Positions 37,123-46,785 of a DNA stretch of 64,000 bases are shown in pieces. Position 1 is the stretch's first letter. Each line of letters opens with the position of its first letter. A program made the position numbers and the translations under genes. The notes beneath the pieces were generated by a model. It made no database searches. It was not told where the DNA came from and worked only from the letters and a program-made list of their open reading frames with translations. This stretch comes from Armatimonadota bacterium (GTDB lineage Bacteria; Armatimonadota; HRBIN16), in the NCBI GenBank assembly GCA_963677485.1, contig OY781964.1:4544001-4608000 (forward strand), in the 5' to 3' direction.

Positions 37123-38429
37123 ATAGAAAGCAGATAAATGTAGGCCTTATCGGTATGGGCATCGTCGGCACTGGAGCAGCTAAAGTTCTAGTGGAAAATG
37201 CCGATTTGATTACCGCCAAAGTCGGTATACCAGTCAAACTGACCAAAGTGGCCGATAAAGATATCGTCACGAAGCGTCCTGTGGAATTGGACCCGTCTGT
37301 TTTCACAACAGATGCCAATGAGTTGCTTAACGATCCTGATATCGACATCGTCATCGAACTGATTGGCGGCGTGCATCCTGCGAAGGAGTTCGTACATACC
37401 GCCTTAGCCAACGGGAAGCATGTGGTCACCGCTAACAAAGAGTTGATTGCTAAAGATGGTCATGAACTCATGGATATGGCTGACCAAAATAAACTCGACT
37501 TTATGTTTGAAGGTGCTGTCGGCGGAGGGATCCCGATCATTGGCCCTATGAAGACGGTTCTGGCTGCGAACCGGATCAAACGGGTGATGGGAATTGTCAA
37601 CGGAACGACCAACTTCATTCTCACGAAGATGGCGGAAGATGGTGCCGACTTTGACAGCGTGCTGAAAGAAGCACAGGCGATGGGATATGCCGAGGCCAAC
37701 CCAACTGCTGATGTCGAAGGATATGATGCTAAGTACAAAATCGCGATTCTGGCTTCGATAGGGTTTGTCTGTCGCGTGAATGTGGATGACGTCTACTGCG
37801 AGGGCATTACGAAGATAGCTGCCGATGAAATGCGATGGGCGAAAGAACTTGGATATGTCATCAAGCTGGTGGCGATCGCGTCTGCCTCCGATGACGGCAA
37901 GATGGCGATCCGTGTCCATCCAGTGATGCTGCATGAGACGCACCCACTAGCAAGCGTGCGTGGTGTCTCTAACGCCATCATGGTGAACGGTGATGCTGTC
38001 GGGGATGTGATGTTCTTCGGTCCTGGTGCTGGCAGTATGCCGACGGGCAGCGTAGTGGCCGGTGATGTGGTTGATATCGCACGAAACATGGTTAAGAATG
38101 CCAATGGACGCGTGGGATGCACCTGCTTTGAACACCGTGATGTCACTCCGATGGATCAGGTGGTCTCGAGCCACTACCTGCGGATGCGCGTCATCGATCG
38201 TCCCAATGTCCTTGCTCAAGTAGCCGGGGTGCTTGGAGCCAATGACATCAGTGTGCGTACGGTCGTGCAGCGCCAGCGTCTGGATGAATTTGCCGAGATA
38301 GTATGGATCACCCATCCCGCCACCGAGGGCGATTTCCGCAGAGCCGTTTCTGAGCTGAAGAGGGTACCTGTGGTGACGAGTGTATGTGCCACGATGCATG
38401 TGGAGTTTCCTGCAGGATCCAAATACTAA
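37119..38429 (+). CDS. hom: Homoserine dehydrogenase with C-terminal ACT domain
   Basis: GMGIVGTG, HVVTANK, FEGAVGGGIP, NGTTNFIL, GYAEANPTADVEG and GPGAG motifs. Confidence 0.96.
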   Translation: MNRKQINVGLIGMGIVGTGAAKVLVENADLITAKVGIPVKLTKVADKDIVTKRPVELDPSVFTTDANELLNDPDIDIVIELIGGVHPAKEFVHTALANGKHVVTANKELIAKDGHELMDMADQNKLDFMFEGAVGGGIPIIGPMKTVLAANRIKRVMGIVNGTTNFILTKMAEDGADFDSVLKEAQAMGYAEANPTADVEGYDAKYKIAILASIGFVCRVNVDDVYCEGITKIAADEMRWAKELGYVIKLVAIASASDDGKMAIRVHPVMLHETHPLASVRGVSNAIMVNGDAVGDVMFFGPGAGSMPTGSVVAGDVVDIARNMVKNANGRVGCTCFEHRDVTPMDQVVSSHYLRMRVIDRPNVLAQVAGVLGANDISVRTVVQRQRLDEFAEIVWITHPATEGDFRRAVSELKRVPVVTSVCATMHVEFPAGSKY

Positions 38430-38448
38430 TTATTAGCTAGGTGGCCTC

Positions 38449-39525
38449 TTGAGGCTCAAACTTGTAGACCGTTTAGTTCTGAGTGAGCTGGTGGTGCCAT
38501 TTCTGGTCGGCACAGCCGCCGTCACCATGATGCTAATCGGTAATATGCTGTTCTACTATGCGGAACCTCTTTTTGCTAAAGGGGTTCCGATATTAGCTGT
38601 GCTGCAGCTTATTGTTTACCATACGCCCTCTCTTCTTGTTCTCACACTTCCAGTTGGCACGGCTGTAGCCGTCAGCCTGGCCATCAACAGGCTTCAACGT
38701 GATTCAGAGCTGACGGTCATCCGCGGTACAGGGATCAGCCTTAGACGCGTATTCGTGCCAATATTAATGGTAGGGATATTGATTGGAGCGATGAATCTGG
38801 TGCTGAGCGAGCTGGTTGTGCCTAAAGCGGAAGGTGCCTTCAGACGGCTTCGGGACCGCATTTACATGATGCAGACCTCACCCCTTCTCCGCCAAAATGT
38901 TGTGTTTCGGATGCAGAACTACACGTTCTACATCGGCGAAATCTACCGCAACGATGAGAAGGTCACCGAAGTGGGCAATGTCATGATCATTCAGGACGGC
39001 CTACCATACCCACGGACTGTAGTGGCACCGCGCGCTGACTATAGAGACGGTGTGTGGGTGCTGCACAAAGCGGTCGTGCATATCTACGGTGAGGATGGCA
39101 CCGCCATTGATGCCGTGGCCAAAGGCCTGATGAAAATAAACCTTCGGGTGGCCATATCCGATATCGTCTCGCCCCCTGCTCCCGAGGAAACCAGCGCAAT
39201 GGATTTGCGCAAGCAAGCCGTCATTGCTCAGAACTCCGGCATTGATGCCACCCGTTTATGGGTCAGCTATCACTTCAAGCTAGCGGTGCCATTTGCGTGC
39301 GTCGTGTTCGCTCTGTGCAGCATGCCGTTGGCCCTTAAATTTGCCAGAGCAGGCAGCTTTATGGGCGTGCTTTTGGCTATCGTGCTGGTCTTCGTCTTCT
39401 GGAACACGCTGCTGTTGTTCAAACTATTTGGTAACCAGGGATTGGTACCGCCTGTGGTGGCCGCCTGGATACCCAACTCGTTTTTCGGCATCATAGGGCT
39501 GTGGTTGCTTGCCAAATCAGATTAG
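38449..39525 (+). CDS. LptF/LptG (YjgP/YjgQ) family permease
   Basis: DSELTVIRGTGISL motif, 3+3 transmembrane layout around a periplasmic beta-jellyroll, AAWIPN. Confidence 0.88.
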   Translation: MRLKLVDRLVLSELVVPFLVGTAAVTMMLIGNMLFYYAEPLFAKGVPILAVLQLIVYHTPSLLVLTLPVGTAVAVSLAINRLQRDSELTVIRGTGISLRRVFVPILMVGILIGAMNLVLSELVVPKAEGAFRRLRDRIYMMQTSPLLRQNVVFRMQNYTFYIGEIYRNDEKVTEVGNVMIIQDGLPYPRTVVAPRADYRDGVWVLHKAVVHIYGEDGTAIDAVAKGLMKINLRVAISDIVSPPAPEETSAMDLRKQAVIAQNSGIDATRLWVSYHFKLAVPFACVVFALCSMPLALKFARAGSFMGVLLAIVLVFVFWNTLLLFKLFGNQGLVPPVVAAWIPNSFFGIIGLWLLAKSD

Positions 39526-39652
39526 CTTTGGCGGCTACCTGGTTATGTGTGAGCACCTGCTCGTGCTGACACTGCAGCCCAGGCTGTAACTGATACAAGG
39601 GGCGCCCCTACGACCGGGTACATGCAAGCGACGTGATTCATAGGAGGTTGGT

Positions 39653-42310
39653 ATGACAATACAGGACGGGATGAGTGGCTATAACGCTCGACAAGAGATA
39701 CTGCCGCATATGGTCATCTCAGCGGAGTGGCTGGGTGAACTACGGCGTTGTGAAACCGCGATATCGGTCGGGCAGTGGTTAGCGCAATATCGTAGTAAGG
39801 TGATGGAAACAAGCCAGGAGCTGCCTGGCGGATTATCGCTTTGCCGCATTTTCACCGCGCTAGTCGATTCCTGTATCAGCCGTCTCTACGACTTGGCGAT
39901 CAGTGAAGCTGGGATAGACCAAGCCCCTCAGATGTGTGTCGTCGCAACCGGCGGATACGGAAGGCTGGATCTGTGTGCGCATAGCGATATCGATGTGACC
40001 TTCATCCCGGCCAGTGATGCGGAGAGTTCGTGTGAGCGTGTGATCCGCAGCATGTACCGCATGTTGATCATCGCCTTCATGGACCAGGCCAAAATGACGA
40101 TCGGATATGCGTATCGATTAATTGATGACTGCGGCAGCCTTGACCATGGTACGCAGACAAATCTGGTTGATGCGCGGATCATTACCGGTTCAAGGCATGT
40201 TTTTGCCTTATTTCTGCAGGAATACTGGAGCCAGTTCAACGCTGCCGACTTTGTGTTTCGAAAAATCGCCGAACGCAATGAGGTCATCAAGAAGTTCGGT
40301 ATAAGCCTTTATAGCGTCGAACCTCACTTAAAAGAGGCCGTAGGTGGGTTACGCGACATACACATGATCCGCTGGCTTGGAGCCGGCAAGGCATGTCTGA
40401 CGACCGGCGGTGACTGGGCTAATGTGGCAGGGCAGGGGTTGATCGACCCCGAGGATGTAGACACATTGGTAGCCGCCCATGAGTTTATTACGACGGTGCG
40501 GAACCATCTGCATATACTGGCTGGTGAAGAACGTGACATACTCACTGCCGAAAAGCAGGATGCCATCTGCCAGCGAATGGGCTACCAAACGCAGAATGAA
40601 ACTCCGGCAGTTGAGTTGTTCATGCGCGAGTTCTATACACATTCAGCCCATGTTTCCCGTATCAGCCGCAAGGCGCAAATGCGGGCCAAGAAGGCCAAGT
40701 ATCTGGTGGGGCTCGGTCTGGATGTGGAGAATGAAGAACTCATACCCAATATCCCCCTGTTACAGATGCAGGACTTGAGCTGGATGATCCAAGCTGTCAG
40801 CATCGCCCAAGAATACGAGTTGAACCTCAGTGAGCGGCTTATCGCAATCATTCGTAAGATGGTGGTAGAAAACCCAGATATCCGGAGTATCGCGGATGTA
40901 GCGGATGAATTTTTCAACATGTTGCGAAGACCCCATTCGGTGTGCCGTTCGATGCGGATGTTGTCAGATACCGGGTTGCTGGGATGGATTCTGCCCGAGT
41001 TCGAATATACGATGGCGTTGATACCGTATGATCCTTCGCACGAGTTTACAGTGGGCGAACACAGCTTGCGAGTGCTAGAAAACATCGAAAAGTTCCATGA
41101 CATTTCGGACCACAACTACATGGACTACCGTCGCATACTGCAAGAGATTCCCAACCAGGAGGCTATCTATATGGCCGCCTTGTTGCATGATATCGGCAAA
41201 GCCAGGATGGGGGATCACTGCGTCAATGGTGTGTTGATGTGTCGCGATGTCTGCGCCAGGCTGCTTGTATCTGAAGAGGTACAGAGTGATATTGAGTTTA
41301 TCATCGATAACCACTTACTGATGGCCGAAACTTCGCGGATGTTTGACCTAAACTTGGATGAGACGATCGCGACCTTCTGCAAAAATATCGAGACCGTGGA
41401 CCGGTTGAACCTACTATATCTTTTCACGTATGCTGATGAGAAAGCCGTGGCACCCGGATTATGGAGCGAAATCAAAGCCAACTACCAGCGTGATCTTTAT
41501 AAGAAATCCGTGAACTACCTGACCGAAGGGATGAATGAGGAGAGCGGTCCTCAGGATATCGGCAGATACTATAGGCGGCTGGTGAAAGATCTACAGTTGG
41601 AGAAGTTTGATGAAAACCAGGTGAAACTTCACTTGGAAGAGATGTCTGCGGCGTATCTTCTCAACACCCCTCAGGAAGTGGTGGCGCTACACATCAAGAT
41701 GGCCTCTGCCGTGGCCGATGGACGCCCGCAAATCGCCTTTCATACACAGCCTGGTAGTGATACGACCGAAGTGATCATCTGTGCTCCTGATGATCCGCTG
41801 CCGGGACTGATGGCCAAAATCGCAGGTGTGTTTTACGCGGCAGGCTGTGTGGTGCATAATGCCACGGTATACACCCGGATTGGGGCCGTGAACATTGCGA
41901 TCGATACATTCGTCATTGATTACCGAGGCCGGGCTATTCAGACCAGTAAACGATCTGAGTTAGAACAGAACCTGACGGATGTGCTCACTGGCGCCAAATC
42001 CGTGGAGGAGCTAATCAAACAGCACCGCCGACGTAACGCTGTCTGGCCAGAGTTGAATTCTGTCACGATACGTCATGACCTGGCTAAAGAGTTTAGTGTA
42101 GTGGAGATCCGTGCCAGCGATACCCCTGGAATCTTGTTCTGGGCCAGCAGAGGGGTTAGTCAGCTAGGATGGAATATCTACAGTGCTAAGCTCAGTATGT
42201 GGGCAGGAAATGCCGTGGTGGTGTTCTATGTTCAGGATCTGTCCGATATGAAGGGCAATGAGGCATCAGAACGGTTGCGTCCTATACTGATCGACCGTGA
42301 CATTCTGTAG
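39653..42310 (+). CDS. glnD: PII uridylyltransferase / uridylyl-removing enzyme
   Basis: ATGGYGR..HSDID (nucleotidyltransferase), EPHLKEAVGGLRD, HEFTVGEH and LLHDIGK (HD domain), two C-terminal ACT-like domains. GGAGG SD. Confidence 0.9.
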   Translation: MTIQDGMSGYNARQEILPHMVISAEWLGELRRCETAISVGQWLAQYRSKVMETSQELPGGLSLCRIFTALVDSCISRLYDLAISEAGIDQAPQMCVVATGGYGRLDLCAHSDIDVTFIPASDAESSCERVIRSMYRMLIIAFMDQAKMTIGYAYRLIDDCGSLDHGTQTNLVDARIITGSRHVFALFLQEYWSQFNAADFVFRKIAERNEVIKKFGISLYSVEPHLKEAVGGLRDIHMIRWLGAGKACLTTGGDWANVAGQGLIDPEDVDTLVAAHEFITTVRNHLHILAGEERDILTAEKQDAICQRMGYQTQNETPAVELFMREFYTHSAHVSRISRKAQMRAKKAKYLVGLGLDVENEELIPNIPLLQMQDLSWMIQAVSIAQEYELNLSERLIAIIRKMVVENPDIRSIADVADEFFNMLRRPHSVCRSMRMLSDTGLLGWILPEFEYTMALIPYDPSHEFTVGEHSLRVLENIEKFHDISDHNYMDYRRILQEIPNQEAIYMAALLHDIGKARMGDHCVNGVLMCRDVCARLLVSEEVQSDIEFIIDNHLLMAETSRMFDLNLDETIATFCKNIETVDRLNLLYLFTYADEKAVAPGLWSEIKANYQRDLYKKSVNYLTEGMNEESGPQDIGRYYRRLVKDLQLEKFDENQVKLHLEEMSAAYLLNTPQEVVALHIKMASAVADGRPQIAFHTQPGSDTTEVIICAPDDPLPGLMAKIAGVFYAAGCVVHNATVYTRIGAVNIAIDTFVIDYRGRAIQTSKRSELEQNLTDVLTGAKSVEELIKQHRRRNAVWPELNSVTIRHDLAKEFSVVEIRASDTPGILFWASRGVSQLGWNIYSAKLSMWAGNAVVVFYVQDLSDMKGNEASERLRPILIDRDIL

Positions 42311-42313
42311 GCG

Positions 42314-42859
42314 TTAGCCCTGCCATTCGGCCTCGTTGTGCTCGGCTACATGGTTCAGATATCGGCTGAGCACAAAAAGAAAGTCGCTAAGCCGGTTCAT
42401 ATATGCTGTGACCGTGGAGATGCCTGTGGTGTTTACTTGCGCGGTATGGATTGCGATTTCTGCACGACGGCATACTGTCCTGCAGACGTGAGTTTGGCTG
42501 GCGGCTGGCGTGCCTCCGGGGAGGATGAAATGCACGAGTGGGGGAAGCTGCAGCTCCATATCATCGATGTTCTTCTCAAGACGGCTTGCGTCGATTTTGT
42601 CCAGGTATTGCGTGTTGCTGGTGCTCAAGTTATGTGAGCTTGAAACCCAGGCTCCGATGCTGAATAAGTCAGACTGACAAAGATGCAGAGAGATCCGCGC
42701 CACATCTGGAATATCAGGCATGCTCAACAGCAATCCGAGGTGTGCGTTGAGTTCGTCCAGACAGCCGCAGGCGGCGATCCGAGCATCAGATTTCGGCACG
42801 CGGAGGCCTGATTGCAGACTGGTGGTTCCGGTGTCGCCTTTACGAGTGTATATTTTCAC
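42314..42859 (-). CDS. ATP:cob(I)alamin adenosyltransferase, PduO type
   Basis: KIYTRKGDTGTT, DELNAHLG, FILPGG, RTVCRRAE and NRLSDFLF motifs. GTG 42859 follows AGGAGA. Confidence 0.92.
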   Translation of the reverse strand: MKIYTRKGDTGTTSLQSGLRVPKSDARIAACGCLDELNAHLGLLLSMPDIPDVARISLHLCQSDLFSIGAWVSSSHNLSTSNTQYLDKIDASRLEKNIDDMELQLPPLVHFILPGGTPAASQTHVCRTVCRRAEIAIHTAQVNTTGISTVTAYMNRLSDFLFVLSRYLNHVAEHNEAEWQG

Positions 42860-43055
42860 AGTTGTTCTCCTGAGGTGTATACGCATAGTGTATGGAAAAA
42901 CGGGGTAGATGACAACAAACAAGCAGGAATCGGCGTCTATAATATAGAATGATACTGAGAATGGATGGCTTAAGTACATCACATTCATTTGCTGCTTGTG
43001 TTGCATTCGCACTCGGATACAATAAGAATAGCAGACCGCTACTATCGGAGGAGTT

Positions 43056-44609
43056 ATGATTACTAACCGGCGTTTGGTTTACATTGCAGCCGTTGCATGT
43101 ATGATTGCAGCCCTGAGCAGCCTTAGTGCAGCGCAGGATGTTACTGGATATCGTGGAGGAGTAGAGCACAACAGCTACTACGGAAACTCTGTAAAACTAC
43201 CACTTATACCTGTGTGGGCTGTGACCAGTACCTACACGCCCTCAAACACATCCACTCCTGTGATGGCCGGTGGTGCCACATATCTTGTGGCGAAAGATCG
43301 ACTTATTGCAGTAGATACCGCCAGCGGAGCGGAGTTGTGGAAATTCCTTGGGCCTACCGATACCAAAGTGCAGCTCAGCGGCACTCCAACAGTGGCTGGA
43401 GACCGTATCTACATCGGATCAGCCAGGGGCACACTGTATGCCATTGCGACCTCCGGTGAGAACATGGGAAATATGCTGTGGGGCTTCAAAACTCAAGGCT
43501 CTATTCCTGGCCACATTTCGGCCTACGCTGGGAACCTGTATTTTGGATCTACCGATGGTTTCCTGTATTCGGTTGATGGAGCGTCCGGTACGGCCTCTTG
43601 GAAACAGCCTTGCGAAATCGGTGATGCTATCATCGGTGGTGTCGTGGCGACAGAAGACAAACTCTTCTTTGTGGCTGAGAACCAGAACATATACGGTGTC
43701 ACCCGTGCCTCAGGTAGTGTTCGTTGGAAAAGCGTGGTGACTGGCGTGCAGAGCGGGGTCACACCTGCTTATGCCGATGGTAACCTGTATGTTACGATGG
43801 ATGACTCTATCGTAGCTCTTCACCCTGAAACTGGTAGATTGAAGTGGAGAAAGTCCGCTGCCAATATATTGGTCGGTAATGTCGCCGCAGGCAACAACAA
43901 AGCCGTGGTAGTTGACGAATTGGGAAATGTCACCTGCTGGGACGCTAACGGCGTAAGGTTGTGGACAACACCGAAGCCTGTGTTTAACACAAAACCAGCC
44001 TCTGGTGCCACCATCATGGGTGATTACGTGCTTGTTGCCGGTTCTCAAGGTGGGATAATTGCCCTCAACTCCGATACAGGTGAGCGAGTATGGCAGTTCC
44101 GTATGATCAACCAGCCCACCGGCCAAAAAGTCACGGGTGAAGTAAATATGGGCTTTACAGCCAGCCCTGTGATATCGAATGGCACTATGGTCGTCGCTAC
44201 CGATTTCGGTGGTGGCGTAGCCTTCAGGACAGACGGTACCGATTCGGTTGCCCCAGTGGTTAAAGAGCTGGCACCAACACGAGGTGCTGTTGTGTCAGGC
44301 CTCACGGAATTGAAGATCAAGGCTACCGTGTGGGACATGATATCTGGCGTGAATCCACAAAGCATAAAACTGACCATCGATGACCAGTCTGTCGAATATG
44401 ACTATGACGACATCACGGGCATACTGACATATCCCGCTAAGCCGAAGGACAACTCGAGCGCAGGCAAACCTGCTAAGGCTGAGGCTGCTAAAACGGTGAA
44501 AGCGGTGTCAGCGGGTCGGCATAACATCATCGTCTCTGTCAAAGACTGGGCGGGTAATCTCGAAGATTATTCCTGGGGTTACTTCGTGAGCAACACCTCT
44601 GCAAAATGA
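43056..44609 (+). CDS. Secreted PQQ-like (BamB-like) beta-propeller protein with C-terminal Ig-like domain
   Basis: Signal peptide, repeated AVDxxSGxxLW / ALxxxTGxxxW blades, C-terminal HNIIVSVKDWAGN. Confidence 0.8.
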   Translation: MITNRRLVYIAAVACMIAALSSLSAAQDVTGYRGGVEHNSYYGNSVKLPLIPVWAVTSTYTPSNTSTPVMAGGATYLVAKDRLIAVDTASGAELWKFLGPTDTKVQLSGTPTVAGDRIYIGSARGTLYAIATSGENMGNMLWGFKTQGSIPGHISAYAGNLYFGSTDGFLYSVDGASGTASWKQPCEIGDAIIGGVVATEDKLFFVAENQNIYGVTRASGSVRWKSVVTGVQSGVTPAYADGNLYVTMDDSIVALHPETGRLKWRKSAANILVGNVAAGNNKAVVVDELGNVTCWDANGVRLWTTPKPVFNTKPASGATIMGDYVLVAGSQGGIIALNSDTGERVWQFRMINQPTGQKVTGEVNMGFTASPVISNGTMVVATDFGGGVAFRTDGTDSVAPVVKELAPTRGAVVSGLTELKIKATVWDMISGVNPQSIKLTIDDQSVEYDYDDITGILTYPAKPKDNSSAGKPAKAEAAKTVKAVSAGRHNIIVSVKDWAGNLEDYSWGYFVSNTSAK

Positions 44610-45706
44610 GCACGCTCGAATTTGAGCTAGATGAGCGCACCAACGTGCTGCTCCGGCTCAGTAGTTGCGAGCTGCCATCAAGACGTGCGGCGGACCTCAT
44701 GCGGAGGTTCGCCGCCGATTTATCGGGTATCTTCACTGCGGGTGATGAAGAACTTCAACCTGATGAAGGCCGTCTTCCATCCGCAGTCCTCGATCGCATC
44801 CGAAGCAGCAAGTGGCCTGATGAAGCCATGCAGCGGCGGTTCATCCACAGCGGTGCGAAGATCGTCACCTTCATGGATTCTGCCTATCCCAAGCGTCTGC
44901 TCGATACTTACGATTACCCACCTATACTCTATGTCAGGGGTGATATTTCCGATAACGACCGGTTTAGTATCGCCGTGGTTGGAACACGTAAGGGCAGCAG
45001 TTACGGTAAAGCTGTGTCAGAGAATCTCTGTAGAGAGCTGGCTCATCATGGATTGACCATTATCAGCGGAGGTGCGCGTGGGATTGACATCGCAGGGCAT
45101 ATCGGCGCGCTGCGTGGCGGGGGTAGAACCATCTGTGTTCTTGGTTGTGGTGTTGATGTGGCCTACCCACTGGAAGCCGAACCACTATTTGACCAGATCG
45201 CATCCCAAGGCGCATTGGTATCTGAGTATATTCCCGGAACGAAGCCTGATGCCTGGCGGTTTCCGGCTCGCAACCGCATTGTGGCTGGCATGGCGATGGG
45301 AGTGCTGGTTATAGAGGCCCCAGAGGCCAGTGGGGCTATGATTACAGTAAACTACGCAGCCGAACAGGGGAAGCAAGTCTTTGCAGTGCCTGGGAGCATT
45401 CAAAGTGCAAATAGCAAGGGCTGCCATAAACTGCTGAAGGATGGAGCCACTTTGGTGGACAGTGCTGATGACGTGCTGCAGGCATACGGTATCAACAGTA
45501 ACATCAACAAGCAAGACCAACCTAAAAGCTTGAACGAACGCCAAAGCACAATCTGCAGCCAACTCAGCCTGGAACCCGTGCATATAGATCAGCTTGCCAC
45601 TTTATGCAATATGGATGTGTCGGACTTAATGGCCGAGTTACTGATGATGGAAGTGAACAATCTGGTTCGGAGACAGCCCGGTAACACCTACGTGATCGTG
45701 CCGTAG
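44606..45706 (+). CDS. dprA: DNA-processing protein DprA
   Basis: AVVGTR, ISGGARGID, FPARNRIVAG, VIEA and FAVPG motifs, plus a C-terminal wHTH. Confidence 0.93.
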   Translation: MSTLEFELDERTNVLLRLSSCELPSRRAADLMRRFAADLSGIFTAGDEELQPDEGRLPSAVLDRIRSSKWPDEAMQRRFIHSGAKIVTFMDSAYPKRLLDTYDYPPILYVRGDISDNDRFSIAVVGTRKGSSYGKAVSENLCRELAHHGLTIISGGARGIDIAGHIGALRGGGRTICVLGCGVDVAYPLEAEPLFDQIASQGALVSEYIPGTKPDAWRFPARNRIVAGMAMGVLVIEAPEASGAMITVNYAAEQGKQVFAVPGSIQSANSKGCHKLLKDGATLVDSADDVLQAYGINSNINKQDQPKSLNERQSTICSQLSLEPVHIDQLATLCNMDVSDLMAELLMMEVNNLVRRQPGNTYVIVP

Positions 45707-45710
45707 TCGA

Positions 45711-46031
45711 CTAGAATTTCAACAAGATATCATGCGGCAGGTAGTAGTGCGCCGAAAACTCAGCGGGTTTGACTACGATGAGTGCAGGCGGAATATTTTC
45801 AAAGAACATGTCCGCAATCCGCTTTGCATCTAGGATATCTATTGTCGATCCATCTAGTCGGACGATTTCGAGATGCAGAAGGTCATCTTCACCCTCGAAT
45901 TGCACCTTGAAGTCTCCAATAGTGGTGGCATAACGATCCGACCCATCCAGCCGAATCATGATGTTTTTCACCGTATCGTCGCGCAGGTTCTGCAATATCC
46001 GCGACACCTCGAGATTGGTATTATCTGTCAT
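45711..46031 (-). CDS. Hypothetical protein (106 aa)
   Basis: GGAG SD, 11-nt overlap with the birA end, globular-looking sequence. No motif recognised. Confidence 0.7.
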   Translation of the reverse strand: MTDNTNLEVSRILQNLRDDTVKNIMIRLDGSDRYATTIGDFKVQFEGEDDLLHLEIVRLDGSTIDILDAKRIADMFFENIPPALIVVKPAEFSAHYYLPHDILLKF

Positions 46032-46785
46032 AGGAATCTCCTGTCTCTTGATCTATGTTTTGTATGGTAACCCATGATTTATGCAATGGTACGGCAGAGC
46101 TGATAGCTTCAAGTCTTCCTGACCTTTGTATTAGCAGGTGACCGTGGTGGTCAACACCTGTCGCTGCGACCATCTCGCCGCCTGGCAATGTGTATTGAAC
46201 CCCTGATGTGCAACTGAAGCTGCTCCAGGATTCGATTACCTGGGATAGCGATATGCGTCTGGCCCAGAGAATACGCTGCAGAAGGGCAGATGACATAGCA
46301 TGAACCGCTATTATGATATCATATGGCATACGATAACCTAATTGGCTGAGAGACACTGCACGCTGATTCAACCCCAAAGGCCATTCCGTTTGTTGAAGGT
46401 TGACACCAATTCCTATGCAATAACTCCCGCGGGCGATTTGCTCGATGAGTATACCCGCCAGTTTTCGATGGCCGACAATGACATCATTTGGCCACAGAAA
46501 TCCACATCTCAGGCCACACATATTATGTATGAAGTCACCTACTGCCAATGCAGAAGCGAAGGGAAGCTTATGCATCAGACTGCTATCTCCATCGGCAGGA
46601 ACGCTTAGCATGAGGCTGTCCCCAACTGCGGATATCCATTTGTTTCCATAGCGTCCTCGGCCTGAAGTTTGCTCAAGGCAACATACCGCAGCTGGAGGGA
46701 GCCCCAACGCACTGCGCTGTTTCATTACGTCCATTGTGGATGTTGCCGATGGGAGCAGAATCAAAGGCAGCGGCGATTTATCCAT
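46021..46785 (-). CDS. birA: Biotin-[acetyl-CoA-carboxylase] ligase (no N-terminal HTH)
   Basis: STMD, EQTSGRGRYGNKW, WPND, KLAGILIE and IGIGVN motifs. Confidence 0.9.
   Translation of the reverse strand: MDKSPLPLILLPSATSTMDVMKQRSALGLPPAAVCCLEQTSGRGRYGNKWISAVGDSLMLSVPADGDSSLMHKLPFASALAVGDFIHNMCGLRCGFLWPNDVIVGHRKLAGILIEQIARGSYCIGIGVNLQQTEWPLGLNQRAVSLSQLGYRMPYDIIIAVHAMSSALLQRILWARRISLSQVIESWSSFSCTSGVQYTLPGGEMVAATGVDHHGHLLIQRSGRLEAISSAVPLHKSWVTIQNIDQETGDSYDR

Noticed and set aside
39526-39652. Structured leader or riboswitch before glnD
   Set aside because: Only two short 5-6 bp hairpins and no recognisable aptamer consensus. An Infernal/Rfam scan would be needed.
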